Positions 9,602 through 18,653 of a stretch of DNA of 64,000 nucleotides are shown here, piece by piece. The stretch lies in NCBI GenBank assembly GCA_965219955.1, contig OZ244799.1, positions 1,472,001 to 1,536,000 on the forward strand, in the 5' to 3' direction. The stretch comes from a bacterium. GTDB lineage: Bacteria; UBA8248. The position numbers were made by a program, and so were the translations under genes. Positions within the stretch are counted from its first letter, which is position 1. Each line of letters starts with the position of its first letter. The notes below the pieces were generated by a model. The model was given only the letters and a program-made list of their open reading frames with translations, was not told the DNA's origin and did no database searches.

Positions 9602-10504
9602 TTATTCCGAGAGTTCTTTGAGGCGCTCGAAGCGCGGGGCGCGCTCCCGGGCATATTCGCTTGAGGTGATTTCTCCCGACGCGAGCCTGTCATCGAGTGA
9701 AGCGATGGCGCGCAGTATCTCCTCGCGCTCCACCTGAGCGGAGTAGGCCGTGTTCCTTCTTTTGCGGATGTAAAGCCCAAGCCCCAGACTCAAGACGACC
9801 ACGACGCCTCCTACGACGTAGAATACTCCGAGGCCGCCCATCGAATCGGGCGCCTGCATGTCGATGCGCACCAGCGTACCCGCTCTGGCCGTCCCCACGA
9901 AACGGTTGTATTCGCGGCTCTGAAACTCGACGGCCGGCTGCGCGGCGAAACCGATAGCCTGCGCCTGCACGCGGTCTTTCTCCGGCAGGACGGCGAAGCT
10001 CGGCGTGTCGTAGAGAATCGGCCTCTCCACCCTGATGCCGCCGAATTCATCCTCCAGGCGATAGAGCAGGACGATGAATTTCCGCCCCGGCGGGATAGGC
10101 TCCGTCGTGCGGAGTTCATCCCCCACCGAAGTGAGGAATTTGGGGTCGAGTCCTGCGGGCGCAGCGCCCCAGCGCGCTCTGGGATTTCTGATGTTGCTGC
10201 TTCTGGGCAACGCAAAGCGCAGCGTGGGAGCGCCGCCTTTCGAGACGATGGTGGCGCTGCCCTCGTTCTCGAAATCCATCATTTCCATGACTTCGAAAAA
10301 ACCTTTCTCCAGCCGGACGGTGAGGATGTTGCGCTTGAGTTTGAGCCGGGAGAGGTCCGTCGTCGTGGGACCCGAGACTGCAGTTTTCGTTTTGGGCGGC
10401 GCAGCCTGGAGCTTCGCCGATCCCGCATAAGACAAGGAGGGCGAAGAAAACAGCCAGAACATGCCCAGGGCGATCAGGCAGCATGTGGCGGCGATGCGTT
10501 TCAA
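9602..10504 (-). CDS. Hypothetical exported/membrane protein within the ccm operon
   Basis: Signal peptide, beta-rich periplasmic part, C-terminal TM and IASLDDRLASGEI..EY..ER helix; overlaps the upstream gene. Confidence 0.7.
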   Translation of the reverse strand: MKRIAATCCLIALGMFWLFSSPSLSYAGSAKLQAAPPKTKTAVSGPTTTDLSRLKLKRNILTVRLEKGFFEVMEMMDFENEGSATIVSKGGAPTLRFALPRSSNIRNPRARWGAAPAGLDPKFLTSVGDELRTTEPIPPGRKFIVLLYRLEDEFGGIRVERPILYDTPSFAVLPEKDRVQAQAIGFAAQPAVEFQSREYNRFVGTARAGTLVRIDMQAPDSMGGLGVFYVVGGVVVVLSLGLGLYIRKRRNTAYSAQVEREEILRAIASLDDRLASGEITSSEYARERAPRFERLKELSE

Positions 10505-11109
10505 CTGAGCCGGCGCCCACAGGCGGCGCAGAAATTGTCTGCTTCTTCAACCGCGTTTCCGCAAGAAGCGCAAAACCGGGGTTTCATGCTTTTCTCTTGC
10601 TCATCCGGTGACGGATCGGCTGGCTCGTCCCCCGATTTGCCCAGATTTTTTCTGTAGCCCAGGATCTCCGCCTCCAGGCGCTCATCGAGCGTGGGTGGTT
10701 TCTCGACCGCGGCTTTCCCGGAAGGCGGATGTTCGGTTTCGAGCCGGGCCGCCGCTTGAGCCGCCTCTCGCTCGTTCATCTGCAGGGGCGCCATCCCCTC
10801 CTTCACTCCCCTGGCGTCGAGGCGTCTCAGCACCTCCACCGCCTGCGCCCGGGCGGGCGCCATCATCTGGGCGTAGTCTTCATCCGAGAGCTTGCCCATT
10901 TCCCTGTCGAACTCGATGTCCATGATGTTCTTGTAGGCCTGCTCGCGCTCCATAAACAGCCGCGTCAACTCGCGGTTCGAAAGCGGCTGCGCGCTATCCT
11001 CATCCGGCAAGACGCCCTGGGCCGTCTGAGGGCGCATGATGGGCCAGATGGTGTAGAAAAATGCCGCGCCCACGGCTCCCAAAGCGATGACGGCCCCCAG
11101 GATTTCCAT
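10501..11109 (-). CDS. CcmI-like N-terminal domain + double zinc-ribbon protein
   Basis: N-terminal TM, DIEFDREMGKLSDEDY, C-terminal CASC...CAAC. Confidence 0.75.
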   Translation of the reverse strand: MEILGAVIALGAVGAAFFYTIWPIMRPQTAQGVLPDEDSAQPLSNRELTRLFMEREQAYKNIMDIEFDREMGKLSDEDYAQMMAPARAQAVEVLRRLDARGVKEGMAPLQMNEREAAQAAARLETEHPPSGKAAVEKPPTLDERLEAEILGYRKNLGKSGDEPADPSPDEQEKSMKPRFCASCGNAVEEADNFCAACGRRLS

Positions 11110-11112
11110 GGC

Positions 11113-13077
11113 TCAAGCCCGCTTTTTTCTTCGCCTGCCCCAGCGCTCCGGCAGGAAGCAAACGATGGAACCGAGCGTGAAGACGACGCCTCCCGCCCAC
11201 ACCCAGTTCACCAGCGGGTTGACCATGAACTTGAACGTGGCCGTTCCGTCAGGGTCCGCCTCGGCGAAGACCGCGTAGATGTCCGAACGCGCCCCCCGGC
11301 GGATGCCGGGCTCCGTCGTCGGCTGCGGGGGCGTGAAGTAGAGCCTTTTCTCCGGCTCCACCTCCCCGATGCGGTACCCTGCCCGGTAAACGCCCAGGCG
11401 CGCGAAGGCGGAGCGGTATTGCGGCGTCGTGTTCTCGCGAATCCCCTCGTAGCGCATCCGCACGCCGTCGAGCGCGAAACTCTCGCCCAGGCGCAGGCGC
11501 ACCTCGCCCACCTCCTGATAGGCGGAGGAGGCCGCCACGCCCACGAACAGGATCGCCATCCCCAGGTGGACGATGTAGCCCCCGAAGCGCCTCTTGTTGC
11601 GCATGGTGAGCTCCCACGCGGCCCGGGCGATGCGCTCTCCCTGGTGACGCACGCGCGAGGAGATGCCCCGCCAGTACTCCAAAGCGATCGTCCCCACAAC
11701 GAACGCGGAAAGCCCGAACGCGAGCGCCGCGTAGACGTGGTGAACGCCGAAGAGCACCAGGACGAGAAGAGCGCCCAACGCCACCACGGAGGGATAGACG
11801 AAACTCCGGTTCATCTGTTTCCGGGAGGTCCTGCGCCATGCGAAAAGAGGGCCCGCGCCGCAAAGCAAAATCAGCAGAAGACCTATCGGCACGTTCACCT
11901 GATTGAAGAACGGCGGACCCACGGTGACCTTGACGCCCTTCACGGCTTCCGAGACGACCGGGAAAATCGTCCCCCAGAAGACGGCGAACGTGATGCCGAC
12001 GAGCACGACGTTGTTCAGCAGAAAGCTCGCTTCGCGCGAGAAGAAGCTCTCCATCTCGTGTTCGCTCTGGAGCCGGGGCAGACGCCAGATCATCAGCCCG
12101 AAGGATATGACGAGGGCCACCAGCAGATAGACCAGAAACGCCCAGCCGAACGATGAGTTCGCAAAGGCGTGCACGCTCGATATGATGCCGCTTCTCGTGA
12201 GGAACGTGCCGAAAATCGTGAGCGCGTAGGTGATGATGATGAGCGAGACGTTCCAGACCTTCAGCATCCCGCGTTTTTCCTGGATCATCACCGAGTGGAG
12301 AAAAGCGGTTCCCACCAGCCAGGGCATGAGGCTCGCGTTCTCCACCGGGTCCCACGCCCAGTATCCGCCCCAGCCGAGTTCCTTGTAGGCCCATGCGCCG
12401 CCGAGCAGGATGCCGACTCCGTTGAAGAACCAGGCGAACAGCGTCCAGCGGCGCGTCGAGGTGATCCAGTCGGTGTCGAGCTTTCCGCTCGCCAGAGCGC
12501 CGATGCAAAAGGCGAACGGGACGGCGAAACCCACATAGCCCAGGTACAGGTTGGGCGGGTGGATCACCATCCCCCAGTCCTGGAGCAGCGGGTTCAGGCC
12601 TCTTCCGTCCGCAGGCGGGGCGGCGAGGGTATCGAAGGGCGGGGTGACGAAGTTCAGGATCACCAGGAAGAACAGCGCCGTGGCCATCAGCGTGGACGTC
12701 ACATACGGCATCAATTCGAGATTTCTGTCGCGGTTTTGCCGGATGACGACAAACGCGTAAACGCACAAGAGCAGGAGCCACATCAGCAGGCTCCCCTCCT
12801 GCCCTCCCCAGAAAGCGCTGAAGCGATAGAAGCCGTTCAGCGTGTTGTTGACGTGCCCCGCGACGTATTCCACGCGGTAGTCGCGCACCATGAGCAGATA
12901 GACGAGACACGCGCTCGCGCCGCTCACCAGCCAGAAAACACCGACGGCGGCGTTTCTGCCTGCCGCGACGAGGTCTGCCCTGCGCCTTAGCGCGCCGAAA
13001 ATGGAAGCCCCGATCCCGAACACCGCCAGGACGAGCGACGCCAGCAAACTGTAATGTCCGAACTGAATGGCGATCAA
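11113..13077 (-). CDS. ccmF: Cytochrome c heme lyase CcmF
   Basis: WGGQEGSLL, GLNPLLQ, IHPP, LGWGGYWAWDPVENAS, SSVHAF, HLG motifs. Confidence 0.97.
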   Translation of the reverse strand: MIAIQFGHYSLLASLVLAVFGIGASIFGALRRRADLVAAGRNAAVGVFWLVSGASACLVYLLMVRDYRVEYVAGHVNNTLNGFYRFSAFWGGQEGSLLMWLLLLCVYAFVVIRQNRDRNLELMPYVTSTLMATALFFLVILNFVTPPFDTLAAPPADGRGLNPLLQDWGMVIHPPNLYLGYVGFAVPFAFCIGALASGKLDTDWITSTRRWTLFAWFFNGVGILLGGAWAYKELGWGGYWAWDPVENASLMPWLVGTAFLHSVMIQEKRGMLKVWNVSLIIITYALTIFGTFLTRSGIISSVHAFANSSFGWAFLVYLLVALVISFGLMIWRLPRLQSEHEMESFFSREASFLLNNVVLVGITFAVFWGTIFPVVSEAVKGVKVTVGPPFFNQVNVPIGLLLILLCGAGPLFAWRRTSRKQMNRSFVYPSVVALGALLVLVLFGVHHVYAALAFGLSAFVVGTIALEYWRGISSRVRHQGERIARAAWELTMRNKRRFGGYIVHLGMAILFVGVAASSAYQEVGEVRLRLGESFALDGVRMRYEGIRENTTPQYRSAFARLGVYRAGYRIGEVEPEKRLYFTPPQPTTEPGIRRGARSDIYAVFAEADPDGTATFKFMVNPLVNWVWAGGVVFTLGSIVCFLPERWGRRRKKRA

Positions 13078-13150
13078 CTGAGAACTCCCGGGGTGGAGCG
13101 GATTTTCAAGACGACATGAGGGACATGGTCCGTTTTCGCGGGCTTTTCAG

Positions 13151-13627
13151 CTACCTGGCCTCTGACATCTGCTTGCGCTTCGCGGCATCTTTCATCAAGG
13201 CCTCGTGATCCGTCGGCATGCTCTCACCCGCATCTTTCATCTCCTCGAACTTCGAGGGGCACGCGACCATCAGGTTCTTCGCCACCAGGACCCCCTTGGC
13301 GTCCAGCTTTCCCTCGGCGATGACCGGAAACCCGTTTTCGAGCAAATCGGGGGGAACCCCCTTGTAGCTCACGGGCAAGGTCCCCTTCTCACCCTGTATA
13401 TGAAAGGCGAGCAACATGGCGTCGGGATTTTTCTGAAGCGTTCTGGGCACGATCTTGCCCTGCACCCTGATGCCGCGGCCGCCCAGGGTCGGCGCCTTCC
13501 GGGACACCTCATCCACGGTCAGGAAATACACCAGGTTCTCGCTCTGAAAACCCGAGATGGCCAGATAGGCGAACGCGCTCAGGATGACTGCGCCCGCGAT
13601 GAGAAATTTGATTTTCTGAACGCTCAT
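13151..13627 (-). CDS. ccmE: Heme chaperone CcmE, Cys-type variant (CPSKF)
   Basis: TM anchor, LVYFLTVDE, V.YKG.PPDLL, IAEG, then ACPSKF in place of HxxxY. Confidence 0.88.
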   Translation of the reverse strand: MSVQKIKFLIAGAVILSAFAYLAISGFQSENLVYFLTVDEVSRKAPTLGGRGIRVQGKIVPRTLQKNPDAMLLAFHIQGEKGTLPVSYKGVPPDLLENGFPVIAEGKLDAKGVLVAKNLMVACPSKFEEMKDAGESMPTDHEALMKDAAKRKQMSEAR

Positions 13628-13741
13628 CCATTCCCTCTCGGCGGCCAAGAAAAGCGTCTTTCAAGAATACGACGCTCCTTCGTTTCTTTCAACCGGTTCG
13701 AGAACATAGCCCCCAGGCAATTCGACATTTTTCAAAGAAAT

Positions 13742-13770
13742 ACCGGCGGAGCCGCACGAACTCCGCCGGT
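13742..13770 (-). terminator. Possible terminator hairpin downstream of ilvC
   Basis: ACCGGCGGAG/CTCCGCCGGT 10-bp stem; only a weak U tail on the minus strand. Confidence 0.45.
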
Positions 13771-13793
13771 CGGGACGTCTCCCGAATTCTCTC

Positions 13794-14831
13794 TTATTTC
13801 ACTTCCCGTTCCTCGATCCACGGCATCATGGCGCGCAGACGGCGGCCGACGATCTCGATGTCGTGCTCCTTCTCCTTGCGCACCACCGTGTTGAACGTCG
13901 GGCGGTTCACCATGTTCTCGTTGATCCACTCGCTGGCGAATCTCCCGGTCTGGATGTCGCGCAGGATGCCGCGCATCCGCTCGCGCGTCGCATCGTCGAT
14001 GACGACCTTGCCCCGCGTGATGTCCCCGTACTCGGCGGTATCGGAAACCGAATAGCGCATCATGGTGATGCCGCCCTGGTAAATCAGGTCGGTGATCAGC
14101 TTCACCTCGTGCAAACATTCGAAATACGCCAGCGCGGGCTGATAGCCGGCCTCCACGAGGGTTTCGAACGCGACGCGAATCAACTCGGTGATGCCGCCGC
14201 ACAGCACGGCCTGCTCGCCGAAGAGGTCCGTCTCGGTCTCCTCCTCGATGGTCGTCTCGATGATGCCGGCGCGGGCGCAGCCCACCGCCTTGCCGTAAGC
14301 CAGGGCGCAGTCCTTCGCCTTTCCCGTGGCGTCCTGGAAGACGGCCACCAGCCCCGGCACGCCGCGCCCGTCCTCGTACTGGAACCGCATGGTGTGGCCC
14401 GGGCTTTTGGGCGCGATCATCACGACGTCGATGTTCTCGGGGGGAATGATTTGCCCGTAATTCAGGTTGAACCCATGGGCGACCACCAGGGCGTCGCCGT
14501 CTTTCATGTTGGGCGCGATGTCCGCATTCCAGATAGCCGGCTGCAGGTGATCCTGTGTGAGGATGACCACCATGTCGCCCGCCTCGGCCGCTTCGGCCGT
14601 CTCCATCACCTCGAGGCCGTCGTCTTCGGCCTGCTTCCAGCGCGGAGAGGTTTTCCTGAGACCCACGACGACGTCCGCGCCGCTGTCCTGTGCGTTCAGC
14701 GCATGGGCGCGCCCCTGGCTTCCGTAACCGATGACGGCGATTTTTCTGTTCTGCAGCAGATTCAGGTCCGCATCGGCGTCATAGTAGATTTTCAGGTCTT
14801 TCAACAACTGTTCTTCATTCACTTCACTCAT
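13794..14831 (-). CDS. ilvC: Ketol-acid reductoisomerase (class I, short form)
   Basis: [55 protein letters not shown]. Confidence 0.98.
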   Translation of the reverse strand: MSEVNEEQLLKDLKIYYDADADLNLLQNRKIAVIGYGSQGRAHALNAQDSGADVVVGLRKTSPRWKQAEDDGLEVMETAEAAEAGDMVVILTQDHLQPAIWNADIAPNMKDGDALVVAHGFNLNYGQIIPPENIDVVMIAPKSPGHTMRFQYEDGRGVPGLVAVFQDATGKAKDCALAYGKAVGCARAGIIETTIEEETETDLFGEQAVLCGGITELIRVAFETLVEAGYQPALAYFECLHEVKLITDLIYQGGITMMRYSVSDTAEYGDITRGKVVIDDATRERMRGILRDIQTGRFASEWINENMVNRPTFNTVVRKEKEHDIEIVGRRLRAMMPWIEEREVK

Positions 14832-14956
14832 GGCCTTTGGCCCTCCAGGATTCGCAGCCCTCGCCGCGCCATCAAAAAACGATCCACATGGTTCGGAAAA
14901 AACACCTCATTATAGAATTCGGTTTCTTGCGGAAAACCGCTGAAAAAAGAGACCCT

Positions 14957-14985
14957 AATCTAGGAGCAGGAAGCGGGAGCGTCAA
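14957..14985 (-). promoter_or_regulatory. Putative sigma70 promoter for ilvC
   Basis: Minus strand TTGACG-17 bp-TAGATT. Confidence 0.55.
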
Positions 14986-15121
14986 GGCGCTCAGAACATC
15001 GGGCGCGAATTCCAAAAACACCCGGTCCCCCTCCCGAACCCGCCCCCTCGAAAGCCCCCGGCGAATACCACCAACCCTATGACGGAAGCGTCTCGCTCCT
15101 CACCAGAGGCCCGGGAGACGC

Positions 15122-15155
15122 AAAAAAAGCCGAAGCAATGCGCCCCGGCTTTTTT
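15122..15155 (-). terminator. Rho-independent terminator (likely bidirectional) after the desaturase
   Basis: AAAAAAAGCCG...CGGCTTTTTT hairpin with A/T tracts on both sides. Confidence 0.75.
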
Positions 15156-15166
15156 CGAGTTGTCTT

Positions 15167-16573
15167 CTATACCGCAGAGGAAATGACGGGCCTTTCGATT
15201 CCCTTGAACGCAACCGCAATCTCATCGGCCGCCTTGGAGGCCGCATCGCTCGCTTCCTGCGCGAGCGACTTCGCTCTTTCAGCCGCCTGATGGGCGGATT
15301 CCGTCGCCCTGTCCTTCGCATCCGCCAGATACGCGCTCGCCTGTGCGGAGAACTCGCCGGCTTCCGCCGCGGCGTATTTCGCCTGCTCGACGGCCGCCAT
15401 CGCCATGTCCTTGCCCTTCTCCAGCATCTGGCGAACGGCCTGATCGGCGTCGTCTTTCTTGTGTTTCAGCGCAACGGAGGCGTGCGAGAGCGCCGCATCG
15501 ACCGATTCCATGGCCTTCCGGGCCGATTCCACCGCGGCCTCGCTCGCTTCCGTCAAAGAAGGCATTTCGGGGACTTCGAGCGGCATCGTCGGATCGGTCA
15601 TCGTGTGGAGCACTTCGGCGCGGGCGTCCTCTGTATCCAACCTTCTCGCCTCGGAGGCGCGCAAGCCCTCCTCGTCCACCATGATGTCGAGCCTTTTCGC
15701 CACGACCCGCTGGCTCGGCTCCCTCACCCCCCAGACAAGGCCGAAGAGTTCCATGATCTTGATGAGCCGGTAGGTGATGTCCACCTCGAACCACCTCTGG
15801 CCGTGGGCGGCCGAGCGCTGATCCGCATGGTGGTTGTTATGCCAACCCTCGCCGAAGGAGAAGATTGCGACGAGCCAGTTATTGGTGCTCTCCTCGTCCG
15901 TGTTGTAGTTTCGGTAGCCGAAGGTGTGCGTCACCGAATTCACCGCCCAGGTGCAGTGCCACAAAACGACCGTTCGCACGAACACGCCCCAGACGAGCCA
16001 GGACATGCCCAGGCCGCCGTACACTTCCCCGGCGAAGTAAATGGCAACCGCCGTCAGGACATAGATGGGGAAAAAGAACATGTCGAAAAAGCGCTGCCAC
16101 TTGTCGCGGTGCAAATCCTTGGCGAAGCGCGAATACTCCTGGTAGGTGTGCGCGTCCGGCAGGCTGACGAAAAGCCATCCGGCGTGCGCCCAAAGAAAAT
16201 TCACGAGCGGGGAATGGGGGTCGGGCTCCTCGTCCGATTCCTTGTGGTGAATGCGGTGCATCGCCACCCATTCGATGGGTCCGCTCTGAAGCGCCTGGCA
16301 GGCGCAAAACGTCAAAAAATACTCCACCGGTTTATACGTCTGGAAACTCCTGTGCGTCAGGAGCCGGTGGTAGGACATCGTCACGCCCACCATACCGGCG
16401 ACGAAATACATCACGATTCCCAACACGAGGCCGGAAACGCTGAAATAGCTCGAGTCAAAAGCCATCAGGGCGAGCAGATGAATCACCCCGATGATGAAAA
16501 TCGTCTCCCACTGCAGCTTTCTTTCGGCTTTTCGGTGAATCGCGAGGCTGGGTTTCTGCGGCGCGGTAGACAA
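15167..16573 (-). CDS. Delta-9 acyl-CoA/acyl-lipid desaturase with Ala/Glu/Lys-rich C-terminal extension
   Basis: Three His boxes HRLLTH, HRIHH, GEGWHNNHH; DPHSP; TM helices. Confidence 0.92.
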   Translation of the reverse strand: MSTAPQKPSLAIHRKAERKLQWETIFIIGVIHLLALMAFDSSYFSVSGLVLGIVMYFVAGMVGVTMSYHRLLTHRSFQTYKPVEYFLTFCACQALQSGPIEWVAMHRIHHKESDEEPDPHSPLVNFLWAHAGWLFVSLPDAHTYQEYSRFAKDLHRDKWQRFFDMFFFPIYVLTAVAIYFAGEVYGGLGMSWLVWGVFVRTVVLWHCTWAVNSVTHTFGYRNYNTDEESTNNWLVAIFSFGEGWHNNHHADQRSAAHGQRWFEVDITYRLIKIMELFGLVWGVREPSQRVVAKRLDIMVDEEGLRASEARRLDTEDARAEVLHTMTDPTMPLEVPEMPSLTEASEAAVESARKAMESVDAALSHASVALKHKKDDADQAVRQMLEKGKDMAMAAVEQAKYAAAEAGEFSAQASAYLADAKDRATESAHQAAERAKSLAQEASDAASKAADEIAVAFKGIERPVISSAV

Positions 16574-16901
16574 ATTATTTCCCCCATTCTCAAATATCTG
16601 TCAGGGTATCGTGGAACTTCATTTTAGATATGATCGGGCGATGTGCCGAGACAACCTTTCATCGACCTCAGACACTGTGATGATTCGCGGTTATCATGGG
16701 CCAGAAGGAAGCAGAAATCAAGCCCCCCAGAAGAAACCACTCCTCCTGCAGCCGAATCTTTCACTCATTTTCACCAAAGCCGATCGTGTGGACTCGACAC
16801 AGGGCAAATAAGGAGAATTCGGCGTTCCGCATTGTCATTTTGCCGATTCTCCCGTAAGAAACGAATTTCATAACCACACGTCATCCTGCGAGGAGAACAC
16901 C

Positions 16902-17786
16902 ATGCCCGAAGTGAGAACAAACGGCGTCAGTCTGTATTACGAAGCCAGCGGCGAGGGCGCTCCCGTCGTCTTCGTTCATGAATTCGCGGGCGACTGCCGC
17001 AGCTGGGAAGACCAGGTTCGCTATTTCAACCGCAGATACAGGGTCATCACCTACAACGCGAGAGGATTCCCGCCCTCCGAGGTGCCTGAAGACCCATCGC
17101 AATACAGCCAGGACATCGCCGTGAACGACCTGGCCGGTCTCATCAGGGAATTGAACCTAGCGCCCGCCCACGTCGTGGGACTGTCGATGGGCGGCTATGC
17201 GACGCTCCATTTAGGCCTCCGGCACCCCGAGCTTGCCCGCTCCATCGTCGTGGCAGGCTGCGGCTACGGCTCCGAGATGGACCAGCGCGAACGATTCCAG
17301 AAAGACGCGAACGAAGTGGCCGACAGGTTCCTGAACGAGAGCATGGATAAGTTCGGCCCCGTCTACACCGCCGGCCCCACGCGCATGCAACTGAAGAGAA
17401 AGGACATGACCGGCTATCAGAAATTCATCGACCATTTCATGAGCCATTCCCCCCTGGGCTGCGCCAACACGATGCGCGGGGTGCAAAGCGCGAGACCTTC
17501 GGTCTATGAACTCGAAGAACAGATGAAGAACTGCTCCGTCCCAACGCTCGTTCTCACCGGAGATGAAGACTTTCCCTGCCTGGAACCCGGGCTGTTCATG
17601 AAGCGCAACATCCAGACGGCCGCCCTAGTCACCTTCCCCAACTCCGGCCATCTCATCAACCTCGAAGAACCCGCCATGTTCAACCGGGTCGTTCTCGAGT
17701 TCATCACCGAGGTGGATGCCGGACGCTGGCCGACGCGCGATCCGCTTTCGATGGGAGAATCCGCGCTCCTGCCGGATGAGGAATAG
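16902..17786 (+). CDS. Alpha/beta hydrolase
   Basis: VHEFAG, GLSMGG nucleophile elbow, GDED, SGH. Confidence 0.9.
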   Translation: MPEVRTNGVSLYYEASGEGAPVVFVHEFAGDCRSWEDQVRYFNRRYRVITYNARGFPPSEVPEDPSQYSQDIAVNDLAGLIRELNLAPAHVVGLSMGGYATLHLGLRHPELARSIVVAGCGYGSEMDQRERFQKDANEVADRFLNESMDKFGPVYTAGPTRMQLKRKDMTGYQKFIDHFMSHSPLGCANTMRGVQSARPSVYELEEQMKNCSVPTLVLTGDEDFPCLEPGLFMKRNIQTAALVTFPNSGHLINLEEPAMFNRVVLEFITEVDAGRWPTRDPLSMGESALLPDEE

Positions 17787-17808
17787 TATGCAACACCAAG
17801 GAGAAGAC

Positions 17809-18570
17809 ATGCCGGGCAAGCTGGAGGGAAAAAGAACGATCATCACGGGCGCCTCATCCGGCATCGGCGCGGCCATCGCGCGCAGATTCAGCGCGGAGGG
17901 CGCATCCATCTGGGCGGCGGGCGGCTTCAACCAGGAGCGCCTCGACGGAGTCATCGCCGATTGCAGCGCGGGAGTCGGCAAAATCGACGGACGGTGCTAC
18001 GACTTGAGAGACGCGAGAAAAGCGAACGAACTCATGAGCGACGGCGCACAATTCCTGGGCGGTCTCGACATCATGGTGAACTGCGCCGCCATGCGGGGAC
18101 ACAAGAGTTTCCTGGAGTTCACCGACGAGCAGATAGACGAGTTGTATGAGGTGAACGCGAAATCCGTGTTCATCGCCACGCGCGAGGCGGCAAGGCTCAT
18201 GGCGCCCCAGGGCAAGGGAAAGATCCTGATGATAGGCTCCATCGACGGGGAGCGCGGGGTGCCCGGCAACGCGCTCTACTGCGCCACGAAGACCTCCATG
18301 CACAATTTGACGCGCGCCCTGGCCGTGGAACTCGGCCCTCTGGGGCTTCGCGTCAACTGCCTCATGCCGGGAACCACCGAGAGCGAGCGCGTGAAGGAAA
18401 TTCACGTCAACGACCCCGAGCGCGCCAGGGCGAAACTGCCCCGGATACCGGTGAACCGCTTTGCGACCCCCGAGGAGATGGCCGAAGTCTCGCTCTTCAT
18501 GGTTTCGGAGGCGAACGATTTCATGAACGGCGCCTTCATCTCATGCGACGGCGGCACACTGGCGATGTAG
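17809..18570 (+). CDS. SDR family oxidoreductase
   Basis: TGASSGIG, NCA, YCATK, RVNCLMPG. Confidence 0.9.
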   Translation: MPGKLEGKRTIITGASSGIGAAIARRFSAEGASIWAAGGFNQERLDGVIADCSAGVGKIDGRCYDLRDARKANELMSDGAQFLGGLDIMVNCAAMRGHKSFLEFTDEQIDELYEVNAKSVFIATREAARLMAPQGKGKILMIGSIDGERGVPGNALYCATKTSMHNLTRALAVELGPLGLRVNCLMPGTTESERVKEIHVNDPERARAKLPRIPVNRFATPEEMAEVSLFMVSEANDFMNGAFISCDGGTLAM

Positions 18571-18653
18571 CCTCACTGCGGTCCCCGGGAAAAGGAATAC
18601 CCCATCCATACGAGAGCATCACGATTTGCCAACCCACGGAGGTTTATCGAGCG

